DNA of 64,000 nt from Nitrosopumilus sp. (GCA_965203315.1 OZ241857.1:1632001-1696000), one strand, 5' to 3'. Shown: positions 30,991 to 41,021, counted from the stretch's first letter. Numbers and translations are program-made. The notes: a model not told the origin generated them from the sequence alone.

Positions 30991-31905
30991 GTGGTACAGT
31001 CGATAAACTTTACAGTATTGGGTAGACCAGACATTGCAGCTGAACTTGGCAAGAAGGGACTTGCAAGCGACATTACATTTTACGATCACAGTGCAGCAGA
31101 TGTGATTCGTACATGGCTAGTCCCAAACGAGTTTCCAAACAAGATACAACCACTCTTTCAAGCAATTGGACTCGCCGAGTATATCATACTGGATGTTGCT
31201 ACACTCGATCGATCTGTGGGTGAAGAGATCATCGCTCTTGATATGTTGTCCAAAGATCGTGGAATGCTCTTGCATACATTTGATGTTGACGAGTCTAGAC
31301 TAGATAGTCTAGTTCGAGATACCATAGTCGACAGATATACTCGAGTGGATCACAAAGACGTACGTCAAGCGATCAATAAATTCGAGCCAGTCACTGTACC
31401 CGGCAGTGCAGAGATTGTAATTGATCATGCACTTGATGTAAAAGGTGTTGGAACAGTGATCTTGGGCAAAGTCGTATCAGGTACTGTTCACCAATATGAT
31501 ACTCTGAGACTATATCCTAAAGATGTAGACGTGCTGGTCAAATCAATTCAGATGCATGATGCTCCTGTCACTGAATCTACCTCTCCCGCGCGAGTTGGTC
31601 TCGCAGTCAAAGGAGTCAGTTCCGATGATATCAGACGTGGCGATATCCTCTCTGCCACAAACCATGATATCTATTCAGAGGTGCATCTAGATTTCGAGCA
31701 GAGTCGATTCTACAAAGGTACACTATCGGTCAATCAAGGATATCTCTTGAGTGTTGATCTTCAGATACGTGCTGCAAAGATCACATCCGTATCCCCACTG
31801 CATCTAGTACTAGACAAGCCGATTGTATCTCGACCAAATCAAACAGCTGTTGTACTAAAACCAGAGTCTCAGACACGCCTAGTTGGACACGGGCGAGTAT
31901 GTTGA
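30991..31905 (+). CDS. SelB-like/EF-Tu domain II protein lacking an intact GTPase P-loop
   Basis: IDHALDVKGVGTVILG, VKSIQMHD, RVGLAVKG, RGDIL. Confidence 0.8.
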   Translation: MVQSINFTVLGRPDIAAELGKKGLASDITFYDHSAADVIRTWLVPNEFPNKIQPLFQAIGLAEYIILDVATLDRSVGEEIIALDMLSKDRGMLLHTFDVDESRLDSLVRDTIVDRYTRVDHKDVRQAINKFEPVTVPGSAEIVIDHALDVKGVGTVILGKVVSGTVHQYDTLRLYPKDVDVLVKSIQMHDAPVTESTSPARVGLAVKGVSSDDIRRGDILSATNHDIYSEVHLDFEQSRFYKGTLSVNQGYLLSVDLQIRAAKITSVSPLHLVLDKPIVSRPNQTAVVLKPESQTRLVGHGRVC

Positions 31906-32029
31906 TATTACATCGTATTGTATATCACAACTATGGATAGTTATTACAACTATGTGATATATCCGACTAGGAGATTTACAAATTGATAAATGAATCAAGA
32001 TTTATTTGCACAACTTGCTATTATGTTAT

Positions 32030-32569
32030 ATGGTCAAGAGATTTCATCTAGCTCTGGGAGCAATTCCTGTGATTATAGCTCTGTTGATATCGATTCCAAT
32101 GTTGACCAAGACAGAGATTCCTATATCTGCTGCAAACTCTTTTGATCGTATAGATATAGAATACACAAAACATCAACTAAAAAAGATATCTTATGGCGTA
32201 ACAGAGAGGACAGGTTCACAAAAGGCAGAGATTCTCTCGATCAAAGACAACGGTGATGTAAAATATACTCTGAGCGATCAAGGATACCTTCAACCCACCA
32301 TACAGTCCAAACTCGATCCACAAAAGTTGAGCAAGATCAAGGCATTGATCAAAGAGACTGGATTTATGACTATTCCATCTCAGTCATTTGAGATCCTAGA
32401 CAATGTCACAGAGTATCAAAAGTCAAACGTTCGTATCACACTAAATGGCATAACACATAGAGTACACTGGCCAGAACAGAATGCTACAGATGGCTTTATC
32501 CCTCCAATTATTACAATGATTGAGAACGAGCTTGATGGTATCATAGATGAGACCAAAGACACTCCCTAG
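32030..32569 (+). CDS. Membrane-anchored or secreted hypothetical protein
   Basis: N-terminal hydrophobic segment LALGAIPVIIALLISIP followed by a soluble domain. Confidence 0.7.
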   Translation: MVKRFHLALGAIPVIIALLISIPMLTKTEIPISAANSFDRIDIEYTKHQLKKISYGVTERTGSQKAEILSIKDNGDVKYTLSDQGYLQPTIQSKLDPQKLSKIKALIKETGFMTIPSQSFEILDNVTEYQKSNVRITLNGITHRVHWPEQNATDGFIPPIITMIENELDGIIDETKDTP

Positions 32570-32627
32570 TATGTACAAGACAGTATTCACAAATAAACAC
32601 AAATAACCTTTCACTTGTAATGTATCT

Positions 32628-33575
32628 ATGATTCCGCTCTTTGGTCAACGTGATGATGCTAGAGGCATTATATGCGACGGTACTCTACGTGGCACTAGTA
32701 CACTAAAACGCGGGTTTGCACATATGTTGAAGAACGGTGTAGTTATGGATGTGACTACAGTTGAACAAGCACAGATTGCAGAGGATGCTGGAGCTGTATC
32801 TGTTATGGTATTGGACAAACTACCCTCACAGGTCAGAGCAGCCGGTGGAGTTGCACGAACAGCTAGTATACAGATAATTCAAGATATCATGAGCGCTGTC
32901 ACGATTCCAGTAATGGCCAAGTGTCGTATAGGGCATACCTCTGAGGCACTAGTTCTTCAAGAGACAGACGTAGACATGATAGACGAGTCTGAAGTATTGA
33001 CTCCTGCAGATGAACTACGACATATCTGGAAGTGGAACTTTACCACACCGTTTGTAAACGGCGCAAGATCTCTCGGCGAAGCTCTAAGACGCATAGAGGA
33101 GGGAGCAGCTATGATTCGCACCAAAGGTGAACCTGGTACTGGAAATGTCGCAGAAGCTATAACGCATATCAAAAAGGTAAATGATGGACTACGGAATATA
33201 CGTGCGATATACGAGTCAGGTGATGAACAAGAGATGATTCGTATGTCTAGAGAGTTTGGAGTCTCATTTGATACTCTACAACATACTGCTGCATTGGGTA
33301 GACTGCCAGTCGTAAACTTTGCTGCAGGTGGTATCGCAACACCAGCTGATGCTGCATATCTTATGTCACTTGGATGTGATGGAATATTTGTTGGCTCTGG
33401 AATCTTTGACACCGATGATGCTAAACAGAGAGCGAGAGCAATAGTACTTGCTACAACATTTTGGAGTGATCCAAAAGAGGTCATGTCCGCACAAAAGATG
33501 ATCGATGAACGACAGTCGATGGTAGGACTTGATATAAAGACATTAGAGATGCGTATGCAGGATCGTGGTGATTAG
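32628..33575 (+). CDS. pdxS: Pyridoxal 5'-phosphate synthase lyase subunit
   Basis: [49 protein letters not shown]. Confidence 0.97.
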   Translation: MIPLFGQRDDARGIICDGTLRGTSTLKRGFAHMLKNGVVMDVTTVEQAQIAEDAGAVSVMVLDKLPSQVRAAGGVARTASIQIIQDIMSAVTIPVMAKCRIGHTSEALVLQETDVDMIDESEVLTPADELRHIWKWNFTTPFVNGARSLGEALRRIEEGAAMIRTKGEPGTGNVAEAITHIKKVNDGLRNIRAIYESGDEQEMIRMSREFGVSFDTLQHTAALGRLPVVNFAAGGIATPADAAYLMSLGCDGIFVGSGIFDTDDAKQRARAIVLATTFWSDPKEVMSAQKMIDERQSMVGLDIKTLEMRMQDRGD

Positions 33576-33577
33576 AT

Positions 33578-34183
33578 ATGATACGAATAGGTGTACTGGG
33601 TATTCAAGGAGACGTCCATGAAAATATACTTGCAGTGAAAGCATCAGCTACAAAACTTGGTATAGAGTGTACAGTACATACAGTAAATACCAGTGCAGAT
33701 CTAGCCCAAGTGGATGGTCTTGTAATTCCTGGTGGTGAGAGTACTACTATTGGCAAGATGTCTATAGACAACGGACTATACCAAGATATCAAACAGCGAA
33801 TAAATGGTGATCTACCGGTACTGGGGATATGTGCTGGTATGGTGTTGTTGTCCAAATCAGTAAGTGATCACACAGTTGGCATAACAGATCAACCCCTTCT
33901 TGATATACTTGATGTCCAACTCGAACGCAACTCTTTTGGTAGACAACGAGACTCTTTTGAAGCTACAATATCACTTGACGAGATCAACATTCCTCAGTTT
34001 AACGGTATCTTTATACGCGCACCATCGATCTCTGGTGTAGGCTCTGATGTTACCGTACTATCAAAACTCGACGACAAGATAGTCGCAGTCAAAAGAGGCA
34101 AGATCATCGGGACTGCATTTCATCCCGAATTGACTAGAGACACATCAATACATGAATATTTTTTAAAACTCGTCGCCGGCTAA
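33578..34183 (+). CDS. pdxT: PLP synthase glutaminase subunit
   Basis: PGGESTT, GICAG, RNSFGRQ, FIRAP, FHPEL. Confidence 0.97.
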   Translation: MIRIGVLGIQGDVHENILAVKASATKLGIECTVHTVNTSADLAQVDGLVIPGGESTTIGKMSIDNGLYQDIKQRINGDLPVLGICAGMVLLSKSVSDHTVGITDQPLLDILDVQLERNSFGRQRDSFEATISLDEINIPQFNGIFIRAPSISGVGSDVTVLSKLDDKIVAVKRGKIIGTAFHPELTRDTSIHEYFLKLVAG

Positions 34184-34202
34184 ATGTCCGCACCGTTTGA
34201 TT

Positions 34203-36545
34203 CTATGTGTTGTCATCTGTGTACACTATGTTGTGCATTGCGATCAGATCTGATCTAAATGGAGCTAGAGTTGCTGGGATATCGATCTCTATCTGATCCT
34301 TTAACGACAAACCCTGTGATCTCTTGTTGTTCCATACTGTTGAGTTGAACTCTGTTATCTGATTCGTTGTGTGTTCATCATACTTTGTACCTTTAGAGTC
34401 TGGTAGTGTCTGTACATGAATACTCTTATCTGAGTATAGCTTGTGCCAAAGATACTCTGTGATGAATGGAGTTATTGGCGCCAAGAGCTTTAAGATTGTT
34501 GCAAGAACTGTATGTAGTGTAAATATTGCAGCATCTCTGGACTCGTCATCAAAGCCAGTACCGTATGCACGTTTCTTTACCATCTCGATATAGTGTGCCG
34601 CAAACACATTCCAAGTAAACTCTCGTATCGCAATAGTTGGAACAAAAAAGTTGTATACGTCGTATCCTTTTCTGCACTCTATTACTAGCTTGTCGAGTTC
34701 TGACAGGATCCATCTATCTGTATCTTTGAGATTTGTACTAGATGCTGGTTCTAAACTAGAGATAAACCTTGCAATGTTCCACAGCTTGCTGAGAAACTTT
34801 TTGGTAGACTCTATCTTTTGTTCATTACACCTAAAGTCATAACCGTGATTGATCTCACTCGCGCTCCAGAACCTAAAGGTATCTGCTCCCATCTTTTGGA
34901 TTATCGGATATGGATCTATGGCATTTCCTTTACTCTTACTCATCTTTGTTCCCCGTTCATCTAGTCCATAACCCATAACCCATGCCTCTGACCACGGCTT
35001 TGTACCTGTGAGCTCTTTACATCGCAACAATGTATAGTACATCCATGTGCGCACGATATCTTTTGCTTGCGGTCTGATCGCAGACGGATATGTCTTTGTA
35101 AAAAAGTCATCATCTGTATGATATTTTGATATATACAATGGTGACACACTAGAGTCCATCCATGTATCAAACGTACGTTCTTCGCCCACAAAATCTGTAC
35201 AGGAACACTTTGTGCATTCTTTGATGGGACAGTCTTCCATCCATGGTCTATAGTATCGTCCGGACTCTGGAACATGTGGTGTATTACATCTCTGGCAGTA
35301 CCATACTGGTATCTCTGTACCATAGTATCTTCGTCTCGATATTGGCCAGTCTATGCTTATCGAGTCGAGCCAATTCATCATTATCTGTTTGTGCATACGA
35401 GGATGAAATGTTATTGTATCTACAATATCTCTCAACTCGTCAATTTGCTCTAACTGTCTCATATAGTACTCTTCCATTGGAATTATCTCTATCGGAGTCT
35501 TGCTACGCTCCGAGGTTGGAGTTCTATGTACGATGTCTGTGATATCTTGTACTAGACCTGCTGACGTCAGATCCTCGATTATCTTTGCTCTTGCTTGCTT
35601 TGGTCGCATTCCTGCGTATGTACCTGCAGCTGCAGTCATCTTTCCGTCGAGACCTATGGCTACTACTTCTTCTAGACGCAGCTCTCTAAACAACGCTACA
35701 TCGTGCTGATCACCATAGCTGCAAACCATCACTGCTCCTGAACCAAAGTTCATATCTGCTGAGTGATGAGTCTGTATCTTTACCGTCTGACCGGTTATAG
35801 GAACTAGTACATCTTTACCAACCAGATCTGTGTATCTTGCATCGTCTTTGTTTACCACTATAACTTTACAGGCACACAAGAGTTCTGGTCTTGTACTGGC
35901 GATTGTTATTGTACTGTTTGTATCTTTTATCGCAAATCTCATGTATACGAGTTTTGTAGCAATATCTTCGTAGACGATCTCTGCGTCTGCTATCGTTGTT
36001 CCTGATGCCCAATCATAGTTGTTTGGTCTGTTTGCAAGATATATCTGACCTCTATTCCACATCTCGATGAATGTACTCTGAGTTAATGTTCTATACTCTG
36101 TAGAGTCTGTTCTGTAATAGTTGTCAAAGTCGCCACTGATACCCAAACTCTTCATAATGTTTAACATCTCTGCCTCTAGATCATCTAATGCCACTCGACA
36201 TAGATCTAAAAACTCTGATCTATCGGTCTCTCGCATTCGTATCTTGTGCTTCTTTTCTGTATACAGTTCTACCGGCAGACCGTTTCGATCTATTCCTATA
36301 GGGAAGTAGACGTTCTTGCCTGACATTCTAGCTGTCCTTGCAATCATGTCTATCTGTGCATAATGTGCAGCTGCGCCAATATGCCATGGCCTTCCTGATG
36401 GATATGGTGGTGGTGTATCTATGGTATAGTTTGCAGCACTAGAGTCATTTGGTACAAACTTGTATATTCCAGATTTGTGCCATTCTTTTAGAATATCTCG
36501 TTCTAGCTCTGGATTCCATGTTTTTTGTGTTATCTTTGGTTCCAT
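34203..36545 (-). CDS. valS: Valyl-tRNA synthetase
   Basis: DTPPPYPSG..HIG, WPISRRR, DTWMDSS, KMSKSKGN. Confidence 0.95.
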   Translation of the reverse strand: MEPKITQKTWNPELERDILKEWHKSGIYKFVPNDSSAANYTIDTPPPYPSGRPWHIGAAAHYAQIDMIARTARMSGKNVYFPIGIDRNGLPVELYTEKKHKIRMRETDRSEFLDLCRVALDDLEAEMLNIMKSLGISGDFDNYYRTDSTEYRTLTQSTFIEMWNRGQIYLANRPNNYDWASGTTIADAEIVYEDIATKLVYMRFAIKDTNSTITIASTRPELLCACKVIVVNKDDARYTDLVGKDVLVPITGQTVKIQTHHSADMNFGSGAVMVCSYGDQHDVALFRELRLEEVVAIGLDGKMTAAAGTYAGMRPKQARAKIIEDLTSAGLVQDITDIVHRTPTSERSKTPIEIIPMEEYYMRQLEQIDELRDIVDTITFHPRMHKQIMMNWLDSISIDWPISRRRYYGTEIPVWYCQRCNTPHVPESGRYYRPWMEDCPIKECTKCSCTDFVGEERTFDTWMDSSVSPLYISKYHTDDDFFTKTYPSAIRPQAKDIVRTWMYYTLLRCKELTGTKPWSEAWVMGYGLDERGTKMSKSKGNAIDPYPIIQKMGADTFRFWSASEINHGYDFRCNEQKIESTKKFLSKLWNIARFISSLEPASSTNLKDTDRWILSELDKLVIECRKGYDVYNFFVPTIAIREFTWNVFAAHYIEMVKKRAYGTGFDDESRDAAIFTLHTVLATILKLLAPITPFITEYLWHKLYSDKSIHVQTLPDSKGTKYDEHTTNQITEFNSTVWNNKRSQGLSLKDQIEIDIPATLAPFRSDLIAMHNIVYTDDNT

Positions 36546-36546
36546 T

Positions 36547-37341
36547 TTATCTTATGTTTGATATAATGTGCGCTCCTTTATTATGTCCCTCATAGATATA
36601 AACACCTACTGCCTCGATATTCTCTGGTAACTTTGTAGCTAGCAACTTTATTATCTCACTTGCAAGATTCTCGATGGTCGCTTCACCTTTTAGTAGATAC
36701 GTTGTCGATTTGGGTACTCGTAGATCAAATGTGCCTCTTGGCCCATCAAACTGTACTGTATAGTGCGAGTCATCTTGATCTGTTGTGTATGTTGTGTTGA
36801 TAAAGAATTTATGATCAAATACATCAATCACTTGTTTGATTATCTGTTTTGCGACACCAAAGTCCAAGAGCAAGTTGTTCTTCATCTGCCCTACTAGTTC
36901 TATCATCACTGATGACGTATGTCCATGTAGTATGGAGCATTTTGTTACTAGTGGTAGTATATGTGCATAATCAAAAGTAAATGATGGATCTTCGAGGAAT
37001 ATTGATCCGGTCTGTGGTGTCTTGTCATAGTATACGAGTTCACCCAACTCTCTTATCTTTGCGGCAAACTTTGGATGTCCTATCGCAATAATCTTTTGCT
37101 CTTCTTTTATCTTTTCATATCGTTTAACATCAGACTCGCCATCTATCACCTCAATCATTCCAGAGTCTGTCTTAAAGTCCACCTGTATCTCTGTGCCATC
37201 TTGTAGTTTTGTAGTTTGGTTATATTGGTACGGCACACCTAGAAAATCTAACATCTGTGCAATAGTCAACTCTGTCCTTGATCGTAGGAGATTTTTATGA
37301 CTATCGATATACTTTAGATCAGAGTCTTGTATAGTCGACAT
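36547..37341 (-). CDS. 6-pyruvoyl-tetrahydropterin synthase/QueD-family protein with extra N-terminal domain
   Basis: FDYAHIL, CSILHGH, LDFG, FDHKF, ATIENL, YEG. Confidence 0.85.
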   Translation of the reverse strand: MSTIQDSDLKYIDSHKNLLRSRTELTIAQMLDFLGVPYQYNQTTKLQDGTEIQVDFKTDSGMIEVIDGESDVKRYEKIKEEQKIIAIGHPKFAAKIRELGELVYYDKTPQTGSIFLEDPSFTFDYAHILPLVTKCSILHGHTSSVMIELVGQMKNNLLLDFGVAKQIIKQVIDVFDHKFFINTTYTTDQDDSHYTVQFDGPRGTFDLRVPKSTTYLLKGEATIENLASEIIKLLATKLPENIEAVGVYIYEGHNKGAHIISNIR

Positions 37342-37379
37342 TAGAGTATGTTGTATGTCTGGCTATAAATTCTATAAAG

Positions 37380-37658
37380 TTAGGAGAACGAGTCTAGTAT
37401 TCTTGCTAGTTTTATGTCATTCTCTGTTATACCACCTGCATCATGCGTAGTCAGATCAATTACTAGTCTGTTGTATACGTTGAACCACTCTGGATGATGA
37501 TTCATCTTTTCTATCTCCATCGCAGCTCTTGTCATAAACCCAAAGGCTTGATTAAAACTGGAAAACTCGAACTCTTTGTGTAGTTTAGAGTTTACTAGTT
37601 GCCACCCATCCATCTCTTTTAGTGCATCTCTTATCTCATCGTCTGATAACTTGTTCAT
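37380..37658 (-). CDS. Pterin-4-alpha-carbinolamine dehydratase
   Basis: [31 protein letters not shown]. Confidence 0.95.
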   Translation of the reverse strand: MNKLSDDEIRDALKEMDGWQLVNSKLHKEFEFSSFNQAFGFMTRAAMEIEKMNHHPEWFNVYNRLVIDLTTHDAGGITENDIKLARILDSFS

Positions 37659-38115
37659 CGTGTACAGTAATGCCGTGTTATTTTTAAACTATACAGTCAA
37701 GACTTGTTCAATTTGACCAGATCTGTCTGATGCATTGAGGATATGTTACAAATCTCTGATTGCGTAGGTTGTCAACTTTATTACGTGTGGTTCTGACATA
37801 TCCGTTCATAAAGTATTATGATGAGGGAATAAACCGCTAGCATAAAGCCGCGAGGTGACCACGTGAATCACGAGACTGGCACTGCCAGACAATAATGCAA
37901 TACTGGATGGATCATCCTTTATCTAGATCTTTAAAAACCGATTAAACCACATCTGATTCTATAGTCACGAACGGAATTGTTTTCCTGTTTACTCCCGCAT
38001 ATGTGGTGTAAGACGGAATTTACCTCTGGCAGAACAACTAACGCCAAATTGTAATACCACATACTAGGAAAATAATTATGTTCGCGACTATATAATGAGT
38101 TGTAAAACTCTGGGA

Positions 38116-38793
38116 TTATCTGATATACCTAAAGTTTAGATAATATCCACCTTGATGATTATGCTCAGACTTGCATTTCTGGCATATTGTCACAATATGC
38201 GCGATATACTCGTTTGAATCTTTGGTGAAATAGATGTACCAAAACTGTTTCTTGTATTGTATGTGATTTCCACACTCTGTACATTTTGCAGATCGACGTG
38301 AATCTTTGTCAAACTCAAACTTGTATGATCTTTCTATAGATTCAACTCCGAGCCATGGAGTTTCTAATTCCGATTTACATTTTGGACAATTCGCAATACG
38401 TAAAAATTCATATAATCCAAATATTTTGTGTGGAAGCTCAGATTCTGGATCAAACTTTTTTCCAGTCTTTACTCGAAGAAATTGATAGCTTAAAAATTCT
38501 TTATATGCATCACTCTGTACGTCAGAATGCGTTTTTATGTATTCTAGCAGATTCTCTATCATTACATGTGCACCTTTTGGTATGCTTTCTCTAAACTCTT
38601 CAAGTTTCATTTCAACATGGAACAAATGATCCGCTAGATCTGAAGAGCATGTATATGCTGACATTAGATGTTTTTCATTATCCTCATCTGTGTTAAAATA
38701 TATGCTCTTCTTCTGCTTCCATCGGAGTCTGCGATGATCTAGTTTTGCATCGCACTCGTGACAGATTAGATCAAACTCTTCGTCTCTCTTCAA
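38116..38793 (-). CDS. Hypothetical protein with four CxxC pairs (member 3, short subtype)
   Basis: CHEC-x10-W, FGLYEF-x5-CPKC-x7-WLGVES, CTEC-x10-W, TICQKC. Confidence 0.8.
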   Translation of the reverse strand: MKRDEEFDLICHECDAKLDHRRLRWKQKKSIYFNTDEDNEKHLMSAYTCSSDLADHLFHVEMKLEEFRESIPKGAHVMIENLLEYIKTHSDVQSDAYKEFLSYQFLRVKTGKKFDPESELPHKIFGLYEFLRIANCPKCKSELETPWLGVESIERSYKFEFDKDSRRSAKCTECGNHIQYKKQFWYIYFTKDSNEYIAHIVTICQKCKSEHNHQGGYYLNFRYIR

Positions 38794-38862
38794 TACTATG
38801 TGCTCTTGATCAATTTTTTATAAGTTTTTCATCATTCGGTGCTGTAATGTGGCATTGAGTTA

Positions 38863-39531
38863 TCATGCTATGTATCTAAAGTTTAGATTATATCCGCCTT
38901 CATGATGATGTTCATTATGACATCTCTTGCATATAGTTACAACATGTGATTCAAAATAGTCTTCGTCTTTAGTAAAATAGATGTACCAAAATTGCTCTCT
39001 ATATTTTATATAATTGTGACATTCAGAGCATTTTGAGATTCTTGGTTTCGGTACACCAAAAGAGTGTACTACCTCTTGTGATTCAGGACCTCTCCATGGC
39101 GTCTCTAACTCACTCTTGCATTTTGGACATTTTGATACATATAGAAATTCATAACTACCAAATATTTTGTTAGGTTGTTCTGACTCTCGATCAAAGTCCT
39201 TTCCAGTAGTTATGCGAAGAAAATCATTGCCTAGAAATTTCTCATAAACTTCGCTCTTTACATCCGAGTGTGTTGCCATGTACTTGAACATGTCGTCAGC
39301 CGTTATCTTTAAGCCGTTCCTTATATCGTCTATCAGTCTTGAAAACTGTAATTCACGTTCAAATAAACGATCTGTTATCTTCCTATCACATGTGGGGTTA
39401 GACACTGCGTATTTGTTATTATCATCTATCACCCCTCCAAATTCTGTGTATTTTTTCTGCCGCCATCTTAATTTTGTATGATCTAGTTTTGTGTTACACT
39501 CGTGACATATTATGTCGAATCTTTCACTCAC
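38863..39531 (-). CDS. Hypothetical protein with four CxxC pairs (member 4, short subtype)
   Basis: Tandem paralog of 38116-38793 (CPKCKSELETPW, QFWYIYFTKD, GGYxLNFRYI). Confidence 0.8.
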   Translation of the reverse strand: MSERFDIICHECNTKLDHTKLRWRQKKYTEFGGVIDDNNKYAVSNPTCDRKITDRLFERELQFSRLIDDIRNGLKITADDMFKYMATHSDVKSEVYEKFLGNDFLRITTGKDFDRESEQPNKIFGSYEFLYVSKCPKCKSELETPWRGPESQEVVHSFGVPKPRISKCSECHNYIKYREQFWYIYFTKDEDYFESHVVTICKRCHNEHHHEGGYNLNFRYIA

Positions 39532-39575
39532 ATCTTTTATGACTTGATGGTAGTTATAATAATGATTCTCTTGGC

Positions 39576-39693
39576 TGTTCTTTTCGGTTTGTGTGAGATA
39601 GAATGGTTATAGAAAAAGCACTGCAAGATTCTATAGGGGAAAATTATAGAAAAAGTCTTACGAAATATCATCTCACATAAATCGAAAAGATCC
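39576..39693. mobile_element. Copy of the ~115-bp MITE family
   Basis: Ends TGTTCTTTTCGGTTTGTGTGAGATA and reverse complement GGATCTTTTCGATTTATGTGAGATG. Interior aligns with the reverse complement of 59504-59620. Confidence 0.75.
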
Positions 39694-39759
39694 TTAGTGA
39701 TAGCAGTATAGATGTACTAGTATATATCAAGACGTCTTAGCGTGAATCAGACCATCTGA

Positions 39760-39843
39760 TAGGCGCGGTGGGATTTGAACCCACGATGGCCTTTGCTATT
39801 CATTGACGATGAATTCTGCTGGGCCAAGCTCTAGCACACGTCT
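39760..39843 (-). ncRNA. Atypical tRNA-like element (long variable region, GTC at the anticodon position) or pseudo-tRNA
   Basis: AGACGTG TG CTAG AGCTTGGCCCA GCAG A ATTCA TCGTCAA TGAAT AGCAAAGGCCATC GTGGG TTCAAAT CCCAC CGCGCCT A folds as a cloverleaf with perfect T and anticodon stems. Confidence 0.65.
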
Positions 39844-40060
39844 AAACTTAAAATATAACATTATACTAATAACAATATTGACGATGAGTTGAGCCTTTGC
39901 TAACTCGTAGAGTTGGTTTCACATAGGAGCCATCTCTCATTTTTGATTGAAGAACTATACCATAAAAGAACGGAGTGCTTGTAATTCGAGTTGAATATTG
40001 ATGATTGTTATCTATGTGGAAATAAACTTGCGAGTAATCAAAAATTAATATGATTGTATG

Positions 40061-40190
40061 TATTAGTGCCTATTGGCTATAAGTTGCTCTAAAGCAATTT
40101 AGTAGAAGGTGTTCTGGACCCTTCTACGCTCTTTATTCTGCATGTGATGTACCAAAAAGATCGTCCATAGATCATAACCATTAACTTTGA
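40061..40190. repeat. Dispersed double-hairpin element, copy 2 (uninterrupted)
   Basis: AGTTGCTCTAAAGCAATTT-GTAGAAGGTGTTCT-GACCCTTCTAC and CATGTGATGTAC...AGATCATAA-CATTAACTTTGA are shared with 26529-26764. Confidence 0.75.
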
Positions 40191-40288
40191 TCTCTCCCCG
40201 CACACACTATTTTTAGCGGTATATTTTTAAAATTTTTTAGAATGAACCATAATAAATATTCGTTGTATCTGTCGGTGTGTACTTGCAA

Positions 40289-40966
40289 CTATTCTATATA
40301 TCTGAGGCCCAAGTTGTAGTTACCTTTGTACTGGGTCTCTGATTGACATTTTTGGCATATTGTTGTAATGTTTGGTTTATACTCGTGAAATTCGTCTCTT
40401 GTAAAGTAAATATACCAAAACTGACTCGTGATTACTATTCTGCTATTACATGCTCTACATTTTATGAAAGAATCAGACTTTCTGTTTTTGCTGGACAGCT
40501 TTGATGCATTGATAGAGTCGGTACCGCGCCACGGAGTCTCTAGCCTTGTTTCACACTTTGGACAGTCTGCCATATGCAAAAACTCATAGTTTCCAAACAC
40601 AATATATGGGAGATCTGCTTCTGGATCACTCTTTCTTCTACTTGCTGGAGTGAGCGACTCTGCATTAGAAAATGATCTATATGCATTAGCACGTATGTCC
40701 TCATTTTGCATAATGTATAACAACATATCATAATCTGATGGTCTCTTGCCCTCTCTCATCTCTTTTTTGATCTTTTCTATCTCGACTTCTGTCTCCAATA
40801 AATGCTCTGTGACTTGTGGAGGTTCTGTAGATATTGAAAGTGCATGTCTCTTGTTATCTTCATTAGTGTCAAATTCTACACTCTTTATCTGTCTCCATTT
40901 GAGTTTACTGTGGTGTAGTTTTGATCCACATCCGTGACAGATTAGATCAAATTTCTCTACTCCCAT
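40289..40966 (-). CDS. Hypothetical protein with four CxxC pairs (member 5, short subtype)
   Basis: CHGC-x10-W, FGNYEF-x5-CPKC-x7-WRGTDS, CRAC-x10-W, TICQKC. Confidence 0.8.
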   Translation of the reverse strand: MGVEKFDLICHGCGSKLHHSKLKWRQIKSVEFDTNEDNKRHALSISTEPPQVTEHLLETEVEIEKIKKEMREGKRPSDYDMLLYIMQNEDIRANAYRSFSNAESLTPASRRKSDPEADLPYIVFGNYEFLHMADCPKCETRLETPWRGTDSINASKLSSKNRKSDSFIKCRACNSRIVITSQFWYIYFTRDEFHEYKPNITTICQKCQSETQYKGNYNLGLRYIE

Positions 40967-41021
40967 TATGATTGTGTTGAGTATAGTTTCTTTATATTTT
41001 GTTATGTGTTCAATTGACGCT

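Noticed and set aside
30991-31905. SelB-like protein as evidence for selenocysteine or as partner of the odd tRNA
   Set aside because: SelB-like proteins lacking an intact GTPase motif are widespread in archaea without Sec; the tRNA-like element has no TCA anticodon and no link is visible.
37810-37920. GC-richer intergenic stretch starting with ATGATGA as a possible C/D-box sRNA
   Set aside because: No suitably placed D box (CTGA) or convincing terminal stem found.
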